From Octopus bimaculoides (lineage: Eukaryota), in contig NC_068984.1 of assembly GCF_001194135.2 (NCBI RefSeq), forward strand, positions 56,218,971-56,263,962: 44,992 nt of DNA, in the 5' to 3' direction. Numbering within the stretch: position 1 is the first letter of the stretch; every line of letters begins with the position of its first letter. Made by a program: the position numbers and the translations under genes. A model generated the notes under the pieces. That model ran no database searches. It was not told the DNA's origin and saw only the letters and a list, made by a program, of their open reading frames with translations. Of this stretch, positions 1 through 10,700 are shown piece after piece.

Positions 1-224
1 GGCACATAAAAGACACCATTTCGAGCGTGGCCGTTTTCGTGCGGGTGACACGTAAAAGCACCCACTACACTCTCTGAGTGGTTGGCGTTAGGAAGGGCAT
101 CCAGCTGTAGAAACTCTGCCAAATCAGACTGGAGCCTGGTGTTGCCATCCGGTTTCACCAGTCCTCAGTCAAATCGTCCAACCCATGCTAGCATGGAAAG
201 CGGACGTTAAACGATGATGATGAT
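1..224 (+). mobile_element. RTE-type LINE 3' UTR/tail fragment (or RTE-dependent SINE) ending in (GAT)n
   Basis: Same sequence recurs at ~15201, 15733, 25548, 32780 and 44955; at 15733-16285 it directly follows an RTE ORF C-terminus. Confidence 0.75.
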
Positions 225-547
225 TTCCAACAACTAAAGCAGCCTAAGGCACAAAGCATAAAATATACTGTCAAAATACAGACCAAATTGTTTGCAGTGT
301 ATTTGAACTCATGATCAAGGAGTTGGTAGTACAGTAGCATGTTTAGTTTGTCCATTTCACATCTGAAAATATGTCCTTGGGGAGACATATTTCACACTCA
401 TCTAAGACGCAAGAGCACTGCATAATTGTTGAAGGTTCCATTAGCTTCTGGTATTGAGCTCACATCTATTCATGGGGGAGAAAATACACAGATTTTAACC
501 CTTTAGCATTCAGATAACTCTGAACTGTTTTGTATTAATCATGCATT

Positions 548-1044
548 GTGAAGGTGAGTGGCTTAGTGGGTGGGTATTTGGCTCACAATCGTAAGGCACT
601 TTATGTCATGTTGCTCCAGTCCACTCAGCTGGCAAAAATGAGTCATACCTGTATTTCAAAGGGCCAGCCTTGTCACACTTTGTGTCACATTGAATCTGCC
701 TGAGAACTACATTAACCCTTTTGATACCAACCAGCCTGGAACTGCCTCTGAAGTACAAATGTCTTACTTTCAAAAGTTCTGAATTAAAATCTTTCATCAA
801 ACCTTAGTCACAATTTAAGTTCCTAACACTAGCTTAGTGATAACAAAGTTATTTTACTAAATTCTTTGTTATATTTAAAATTAGCTGAAGAAACAGAGCA
901 TCTCAACAGAAATTTGGTAACAAAAGGGTTAAGGGTACACATGTTTGTGGAGTGCTCAGCCACATACACATTAATTTCATGAGCAGACTGTTTCATTGAT
1001 CAGACCAACTGAAACCCTCATTGTCATAACTGAAAGAGTGCCAG
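548..1044 (+). mobile_element. tRNA-derived SINE (family B) inserted in the MITE
   Basis: 12-bp TSD taatcatgcatt at 536-547 and 1045-1056; body matches the copies at 20285 and 24121. Confidence 0.8.
716..928. mobile_element. Second piggyBac-type MITE, 213 bp, inserted in the SINE
   Basis: TTAA duplicated (712-715, 929-932) at the SINE's gagaactacgTTAAgggtacac site; 15-bp TIRs cccttttgataccaa / ttggtaacaaaaggg (1 mismatch). Confidence 0.82.
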
Positions 1045-1997
1045 TAATCATGCATTATCTTCTAACTGAGATTTTAAGAATGTGATTGTTTATTTTTAGA
1101 ATGACATTGTAGGGTGTTGTATGATATTGAAAGAGGCCAGATCTGGCTAGTTTCAACAGGTAGAATGTTTGGGCTTGATATAGCAAGTTTGAATGCTAAA
1201 GGATTAATTATCAAGGCACATCATTAACAGACAAGAATATTAAAAACTTTCTCATCATTTCCAGAGAGAGTAAGTACTGCATACTATCTATCACTTGTAA
1301 CCTGTAATTTGAACCAGACTGTGGATACAATGGAAAAGTGCCTTATTAACTTTATGTAGTTACAGGGACTTGTGTTAATGTTTTTCCCACAAGCATTAGC
1401 AGAAAAAATGAAGTAGAGACAACCAGAAATCAAACCTGAATTGTAAACTCAGTCTGATAAAAATTTACAACCTCCCTTATGACACTCATTAAATGAATCA
1501 TGCAATAATATTATTTCTCCATGTGTGTTACAACATCAAACATAATTATTCTGTCCAAAATAAAAGAAACCAGATGGTTTCTACTTGATAAACTAATTGA
1601 TAATGTAAAAACTTTTATCAATGTTTTGTATTGCTTATATATAATTTAAAGTTTCAAGATATGCATCTTTTATTGATGATACTCTTAAGTAGTTAGGATG
1701 TTGCACTCATGACCACAAGATCATGGTTTCATTTCGTAGACCAAGTGGTGCATTGTATTCTTGAGCAAAACACTTTATCTCCTGTTGCTCTGCGATCACT
1801 TTGACACTTGACACATGGTACACCATGCACCTGTTCTGGCAACATCAATTTGATGGAGAGATTGAGCTAATGTACAGCACATACTTTTGATCATTATAAA
1901 CAAATCATTTGTACAGGTCATTCAGCAAAAGCTGAACACTCAAATGTCATCTTTGAGGGGAGAGTCCATCAGCTGAACCATTCATTCTCTTAAGGTT

Positions 1998-2406
1998 TGT
2001 AGGAAAGTGGTTATACACCATTAGGTGTATACCCACTTCCATACATTAAACTTCTTGAAGAAACAACAGAACGCAGATTCTGAACTATCAACACAACAAT
2101 ATTTATTTACAGAGGAAATAGGCAGCACTTCGCCCTTTGGTTGCTGAGACGCCGTCAATGATGTTGAGTGGTTATTTGTCTAGCTCCAGAGTTGGAATGT
2201 TGGAGAGAGACTGCTACAACATCTTGGCTCTTCGCCGGCCGGCCAAGCAAGAGAATGTAAAAGGGCGCGAAGCTTGAATATCGAACTCCACGCATGCGCA
2301 TGAGACTCTTCCTGTATTCCTTCCGGAACTAGTCCCTGCGCATGCGTGGATAAAACTCCGGACATTGAACATATAACAGTCGTCTGCTATTTAAGGCGTC
2401 ACTACA
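1998..2406 (-). mobile_element. Probable solo LTR (409 bp)
   Basis: TGTAG...CTACA termini; imperfect 4-bp TSD ggtt/ggtc; AATAAA on the minus strand at 2102-2107; GC/CpG-rich relative to flanks. Confidence 0.6.
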
Positions 2407-2581
2407 GGTCCTTCATAGTTTCTGTTTATTTACACAAAATGGTAACTTGCACCTGTTTATTTTTATTTATAATCCAATTCACACCATTACTTTATTAGTT
2501 CTAGTATTCTGATGTCTATCCAATTAATTTTAAATTCTGATTGTAAAATATTTTCTAAGTAATATTTGATAATATTTTCAG

Positions 2582-2708
2582 GTATTTGGATTAGATAACG
2601 ACTTATATTATCAATCCAACATCAATGACTCAACTACAATAACACGTCTAACAAAAGATGGAATATTAAATCAAATATTCAATGGAGTTCCTGACTGGTT
2701 GTATGAAG
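2582..2708 (+). CDS. DPP-family exon A (VFGLDNDLYY...IFNGVPDWLYE)
   Basis: Acceptor ttttcag| at 2581, donor |gtaag at 2709; 127 nt, ends in phase 1. Confidence 0.93.
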
Positions 2709-5700
2709 GTAAGCTAGAATGTTTTTTTATGGCTTTCCATAGTCCAGTTGGTCTGTATAAGTCTTCATAGAATTAAGCTGACAGGAGACACATATTTTAC
2801 CAGAAAACACTATGAAATCTTTTTAGCATGGATCTTGATTAATTCTCCACTGATAGTTCCTAATATTAGGTAGGCTGTGTCTGAAGATGAGAATGATCAC
2901 ATTAATATTATTTGAGTTGTCATGTCATATATTTTTATTAACTCATTTTATTTATATGCACACGCATACATAGATTTGATTTAATGGAACAACATTCAAC
3001 TGCTGCATGCAAGTAATATGTGTATGATCTGACATTACTGCACAAGGTCAATACCTTTTGTCGAACATGATACAAGTATGTTCAATAAGAAAAGTAGAAG
3101 ACAACATAGCTCCATGTGGTCTGTGGGGTGATTCTCTGATCTGAGGCTGAATTTGCCAGCTTTTATAATCATTATCAAAAGTTTTCTACAAACTTCAATC
3201 AAGCTATTTGGCAGGAAAACAGGCACATTTCCTTTGAAATTTACTGCATCAACCATAACAAGTCAGTCAATGCAGATTGATTGAGCCATATTCACTTGGG
3301 CATTAATACTTTTTATAACAATACATTGCTTTTTATGATAGTGTGGTAGGTCATGGTCCTGGCCTGGAAAAATCTGAGGGTGATGGTTCAACAGTAAGCA
3401 GGAGCCCCATTACTGAAGTCTTCTTACAATTTATTAAAACACAAACAAAAAGACTGTCAGTTAGAGCAACAAAAGCAGATATATTTTCATAAATTATAAG
3501 AGAAAAGAGTTTACAAGGTATACAGAATTCGAAATAGTTCACTATATCAGGTCATCCCATAAGTTTTGTCTGAATTGTGAATAAAGAAAACAAATGATCA
3601 AATGTTATATTTAATTGAAATTTAATCATCAATGTACTTTCCCTGATTATTTATGACTTCCTTCCATCTATTTACAAGCTTTTTAATCCCATCAATGTAA
3701 AACCCTTTTGGTTTCAAAGCGAAGAACTCCTGGCTTGCAAAAGTTATGTCCCCCAAATGATTCTGTAAACTACGAAACAAATGGTAGTCTGAAGGAGCAA
3801 GGTCAGGTGAATAAGGTGGATGAAGAATTTTTTCCCAACCAAGCTCTTCGATCTTCTGTGATTTGATCTTTGCAGTGTGGTGTCGTGCATTGTCCTGATG
3901 AAACATCACTCCTTTTCAATTCACTAAAGCGGGTCTTCTTTTCTTCAAAGCTTGGTTTAAATGCTCTAATTGCTGACAGTAGACTTGAGCATTGATTGTT
4001 GCATTAGGTGGTAACAATTCAAAATGAATTACTCCTTTGCAATCCCAGCAGATAGAGTGAACCTTTTTTCCATGAAGTTCCCTTCTCAGTTGTGGTTGAG
4101 CTTTTTCCCTTTTACCAAGCCACTGTTTACGACATTTAACATTTCAACAGAAGATCCATTTTTTTGTCACCAGTCACAAGTCTATCCAAAAAGGGTGAAA
4201 TGAGTTCGCGAGAATGGAGAGAAGAGCAGAAGTCAACTTGGGATTTGCGGTTGCTTTCAGACAATTCATGAGGCACCTATTTTCCAAGTTTAGGAACCTT
4301 TCCAAGTTGTTGAAGATGACGATGAACAGTTGTATGGTTTGAACTAAGCTTTATTGCCAATTCTTCAACTGATAATGCAGGATTATTTTCAAGTAATGCC
4401 TCAAGGAGCTTATCATCAAGCTCAATTGGACGTCATGTTCAATCTTCATCTTCAAGGCTGAAATCTCTACTTCTGAATTTTTCAAACCATCTTCTGCAAG
4501 TTCTTTCATTCAAGCATTCTTTCCCATAAACTGAGTGTATGTTTCAAGTCGCTTCGGCTGCAGAGTTTCCTTTTTTGTACTCATAAAGCATTATGTGCCT
4601 CAAATGCTCTTTGGATACTTCCATATTAGAAAGGGTTTTAATCAAAGAAATTTTAACTCTATTATTCTGTAAAATAATATTTAATTAGTTCAAATGTACA
4701 CAAATGCATAAAAATAATTTTTAATTCCATTAGACATTCTAAAATACTATTAAATTTCATTCCATTTTAAAAAAGGTAAAATCAGACAGAACTTATGGGA
4801 TGACCTGATATGTATATAGCACAGAAATGTGGTATCATAAATAAAATACATGTTCATACTTGGCAGGCCAATGAACCTTCCTGCCACTTTTAAGAGTAAT
4901 GTAGTAATGTCTTGTTTTAGGAACAACAGATTTATGTGCTGAAGGTGTCTGTGTATGTATAAGTAATTTTATCATTGTTTGTCAAGTGTATTTGCATCAA
5001 GTTAAGCTTTTTTTTAATTGTGTCAATATGGTGAAATGAATTGTAAAGAACAGAAAAGGACTGGGAATCTGTTTAGCAGGTTCCAAAGGCCATTCAAGAT
5101 CCATAGAAATATCATACCATATACACTCCATGGAAGCAGACAGAGAAACCAGATAAAATTTTAAAGATGATAGAGTTCTTCAGTTGTTGTAATTCATCCA
5201 ATTCTTAGTTATTAGCAAGTTTTTCCAAATCAATGGAATCACTGTGGTGCACAGAATTCACATAGAATACATATATATATATATATCAAATAATAAGCAA
5301 CACGGATTTCAAAAGTGATTGCAGTACACACGTTTCATGCTACTTCAATTTATTTAAGTAATGTGAGCATTACCTTAAATGCAATATGAAGAGCAATCTT
5401 CAGCTGCACGAAAAAATGTAGAAAAAAAGACATATTACAAATGTGGCAACATATTAAAACCAAGTGGGAGAGAGCAGAGGAAGAATATATAAGTCCATCT
5501 TGACATAGCAGGGTCTTGGACTTATATATTCTTCCTCTGCTCTCTCCCACTTGGTTTTAATATGTTGCCACATTTGTAATATGTCTTTTTTTCTACATTT
5601 TTTCGTGCAGCTGAAGATTGCTCTTCATATTGCATTTAAGGTAATGCTCACATTACTTAAATAAATTGAAGTAGCATGAAACGTGTGTACTGCAATCACT

Positions 5701-5801
5701 TTTGAAATCCGTGTTGCTTATTATTTGATTTTAATCACCCATCCTTTTGGGATGTGATATTCGGGTGCCTTCGCATAAGTACCATATTCAAGCCTTGAAT
5801 C

Positions 5802-5832
<31 letters not shown>

Positions 5833-7697
5833 GAAAATTTAGACAAATATGTATAACTAGGTTAGTGTGTTTAAATGCTGAATAAAGCACCAGCACAGTT
5901 TAGGCTATCTGTTGTTATCCGTAGTTGTGGTACACTTCCGTTGGATTTACTTCAGGAACTTCGCAGTGGCAGTATTAATCAATAGTAGGAGGGTCTCTTC
6001 AGGTACATTGATAAAGAAGTTTCACTAGAGATTTTTAGTGTCGGTTGGCTTCTTGTTATATGTCCATCAAGTTTGAAAATGAATAAAAGCAAAAAATTCA
6101 AATATGAAAGTGGAAAGCATACATTCCAGTTTAGATAAAATGATGTGATCAGCTTTCGCTGTAATAACTGCTTAGGGAATAAAGAAAGTAGAAGGTGAAA
6201 GGAAGATTAATAATTAGACAAGTACTTTCATGTTTGTGCATATGCACACTCACACACATGTACATACATACATCCACACATTTTTATTATATACTTGGTC
6301 TTATTATTGTTCTTTGTCTTAAATCTATCATCACACATCTTGTGACCGCTTCAGTAATTCTCCATCCCATGTCTCTTCCTATTCTGTTCAGTTCGTTCTG
6401 TCTTTCTGTGATGTCTATTCTTATTTGCACATACATTTGATTCTACGTGTGTGTGTGTGTATGTTTGTGTTTTGTATGCATGTATATGGGTTTGCTTACA
6501 AAACTGTTTGCACCCGTGTCTTATACTTATTCATTTTCTTTTATCACTCATTTATTTACTTATTTATTTTATTTTCCTCATTCCATCTTTAGTATATGCA
6601 TCTTGTGTGTCTATATAGATTTATCTATTACACTGTTTGTATGTGTGACATTTTTTCTTCTCCCATTGTCTTTAGTCATCAGGTTACGTAGTGTGATGAA
6701 GCGGAAGGATGTTCTTTTTCTATTCATGCTTCCTATAGAGGCTCGGCTTGCCTATTACTACATTTATGGCCTCTGAAATCTGTCATGTCTGTTCTATGTG
6801 TTGATAGTATCTTTACATTTATGTTATTAACCAAGCCTCTATGTTCAAACTGAGCATGTTGGTAGAGCACTGACAAGCTTTTCTCTTCTTTGAGTTCTTG
6901 CCAGTGTTCACCTCTGCTCACCTATATTACGTACTGTCTCCCCAATTATAGACTACATTCCTAATCTTACAGTTTACCTATGGGTTCATCCTACATACTA
7001 TATAGTTGTTATCTGTACATGGGGCCTTAAAAATGGACATGTTCTACAGATCAGGGATTTTAGGGGTGGGGGCTGGCCTTTCTACTACTTTAATTCGTAG
7101 ATTCCTCCTAAATAACATTTTCCTAAAAAGTTACACTAGTTTGCCACCAAGAGTAACATCAACAAACATGACTCTCTGTTATTTTTGGTTGTCATACCAA
7201 GAGTTGGCTTTATTTATCTTCTTGATCCTTTCTATGCTATTCCAGGATTTACTCCTGTATAGCAGGCAGATTCCAGATGCATCATTCTCTATGATGACTT
7301 TGTGCTTCGCCCTGGCACTTTCTACATTCTGATCCTGTCCCTTTATCTGTGACCAGAGAACTGCATGCGGTGAATGAAGTGTTGGATGTATCTTTCTAAT
7401 TCTGTTGGGTCACACATGCGGGACACATTTCTCATCACTCTTACCAAGTCCACTATGAGGAAACTGAATTTGATATTGTCTGCAATAGCTGCATTTTTGT
7501 AACCAGGTATTTAAAGGCCATCACCAGCAATATTGATACTGAAGGCTGCACCTTCTTCTTGGGCGTATATCTTGCTATTAAACTTGAACATGTGCAACTA
7601 TTTTTCTCAGTTTTCAGGGGTCTGACCCACCCATCTCATCTCTCTCTAGGGGTCTTCTTGACCATTTAGGTTACAGTAGGTGATCTCACTCTCTTTC

Positions 7698-7770
<73 letters not shown>

Positions 7771-10700
7771 TACACCCCTATGATTTGATTTACTATGTGG
7801 TTTGTAGCCTGGTCCACTAAAGGACCTTTTTTGTGAATACCACCAGATTAGATAAATTCATATATTGTGCATTAAATTTATATATATATATATGTGTGTG
7901 TGTGATCTCCTATTAGATCATCCTATCAGCGCTTTACTCGCATTTGATGCAGCAGCTGCAGGCTGGAAGAGGCCTCATATCAAGTCCCACACCAGATAGC
8001 TGGATGTGATTGGGGAAGATTTCCAGAGGCTTGATGTCACCTTGGAGGATGCAGAGGGGCTGGCACCAGACCACCAGCAATGGTGAGCACAGGTGAAACT
8101 GGTCGGCTCTATGCATGGTGAGGTCTTTGGGACCTCTAACCTGCGATGACCCCCACCCATCAAGCAAGAGCATGAAGTAAGAAAGTATTTGTGCAGAAGA
8201 TATAATGTTTAATAGTATTATGTAAAGAACTAGGTAAGCTGATATAACAGATAAATTTATAGTACTATAGAAATTAATATAGTGCAGTTTTTACATCACT
8301 TTATGTGATTGCATTAGATCAGTCAGTTCATGTGATGGAGGTACTGTGAAGTCTCTACGTTTCCCGCAACATAATTTCCGAATACTTCGTTTTAGACTGG
8401 TATCAGAAAGCCACAAAAACGGCACCACTAAAAATCTTGAAATGAATATTAAAAACGGTATGTAAATCTTTTGTTCAATTATTTCTTTATACATTACAAA
8501 ATACGTAAGGTTTTCAATAGAGTAGACGACTATGATGAATATAACAATAACTATCATAGTTATTACTGATGATTTCATTGTATCATTTTCTCTACTCTTC
8601 ACTGCAATGTTGATCAATAGACATGCAAATACCAGCATTGTAATAATATACAACGTAACTATAGCTAAATAGATATGGTAGGAAATGGTATCTAAGAATA
8701 TCTTGCATAAGCCACTTTCGTAATATGAGCCAGCTAGACTCATTAATAATACTTTGATCCAGATAAAAACCCACAAAACCACTGTTAATATGATCTGGAC
8801 ACGCAGAAAACTTTGACTTTCATATTTGCTTGGTTTAAAGTATTTTACAATAATATCGCAGCAAATAGGGAGTATCAAATATACAGCACCTTCCTCAGCC
8901 ACGGAACTTAGTATAAAAATCAGTAAGCAGCTAGACAGTGGCAAATCAGTGTATATATAAATATGTACGTTGCGGAAGTAAAAAAACAAAGCAAACAGTA
9001 TGTAGTTAAACACGTAAGTCAATAATACAAAAGAGCGTGTTTTCTCATAGACTCTACGATCGAGGAAAATGGCAATTGTTAACAACGCGTTGAGCACGAA
9101 TGCCACGATGACAGCAATACAAGCAGTTATACTTATCCAGTTAAACGCAGGGCCTGCATTAGTTGTAGAATTGTATTCTTGTTCGTTCTGTTCAAGATTT
9201 TCCATGTTGTATTAGCCACAATTGCTTCAAACTTGGTCGTTATTTTTAGATAGATTTCGGAATAATGTTATAAAGTTTTCACTTGTTGAATGTTCACGGC
9301 GTTTTTTGTTAAATGTTTCCGGTGTTCTTATATTAAATGTCCCCGGTGTTCATATATATGTATGTGTGTGTGTGTGTGTTTGTATAATGCGGTAAAAAAG
9401 AGACGATGAGCGATGGCTAGAGAAATATTGAGCTTTGTTTTTAATAACCAGTTGATCTAGTAAGCGGGGCCTCATATCAGTGAGGGGGAGGGGGCGCATT
9501 GATGCTGTCAAGAAGTAGGCCCCGAAACGGCATGCATTCTCTCCTGGTGACCCCATTTACTTGCTGGCTTCCGGTATGCAGAGTTCTCGACTGGTAGCAC
9601 TTGCATGTGCGAGTTGTTTGCAAGACATCACTCGATCACCTAAGGGTGTAAAAGTAATGTTACAATACAACCACAAATCTTGTTAAATACAGCATCTCTT
9701 GTTTAATCGTCATCTTCTCAAAAGACATCTGTCAAATGGTCTTGTTCTCAGATTGGAAAATGGTGAAATAAATTATTTCGACCAGGAAACTCTGTTTAGC
9801 TCTATTTGACAAGATTTGTGGTTTTTATTATAACAATATACTCTTATACATGTGTAGATAGATAGAAATCGTATGTGTATATATATATATTTTGCTACTA
9901 TGTTAAACTGGCCAAATGCGATATTTTTTTATCAATATTCATTTTGTTTGCAATAGCTGGTTCTTTTTATCAGACTATCATATTGTATGTTATTTCCCCT
10001 AAAAGGGGGACAGCACAAATAAACTTTGGGGTCGACAAATCAGATATAAAAATTTAAATGGGATATATGATTAATCGAATGATAGGAGTAGCTGTGTGGT
10101 AAGTAGCCTGCTTACCAACCACATGGTTCCAGGTTCAGTCCCACTGCGTGACACCTTGGGCAAGTGTCTTCTATTATAGCCTCAGACCGACCAAAGCCTT
10201 GTGAGTGGATTTGGTAGACGGAAACTGAAAGAAATCCGTCGTATGTATGTATATATATATGTTTGTGTTTGTCCCCCCTCCCCAACGTCTCTTGAGAACC
10301 GATGCTGGCGTGTTTACGTCCCCGTAACTTAGCGGTTCAGCAAAAGAGACCGATAAAATAAGTACTAGGCTTACAAAGAATAAGTCCTGGGGTCGATTTG
10401 CTTGACTAAAGGCTGCTCCAGCATGGCCACAGTCAAATGACTGAAACAAGTAAAAGAGTAAAAAAAAAGGTAAATCATATTGTAGCGAGGCACAAGAAGC
10501 CAGCACCATTTTGTATGAGATCTCGCCGGTAGCCATTACCATGTCCAAGACAGGAGCGAGATCTCACCTGCAACCATTTGCCATACGCGAGACAACAGCG
10601 AAATTCTCGTCGGCAATGACTATTTAAACAGGAGAATTAAGACATTCTTTCTCTTTCTTCCTTCTCACTTATAGAGTTCGTATCATGCTGGTGCGTTTAC

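Larger units (their letters stand above)
499..1203. mobile_element. piggyBac-type MITE (outer element of a nest)
   Basis: TTAA at 495-498 and 1204-1207; termini ccctttagcattc / gaatgctaaagga; a related uninterrupted copy lies at ~36883-37101. Confidence 0.75.

Noticed and set aside
1-2581. A further upstream DPP exon
   Set aside because: No segment with splice sites and the expected W-x-P-x-G-x2-L motif was found; it presumably lies before the window.
6195-6776. Hydrophobic ORFs suggesting a second membrane protein
   Set aside because: T-rich/(GT)n low-complexity sequence; no conserved receptor residues or splice link.
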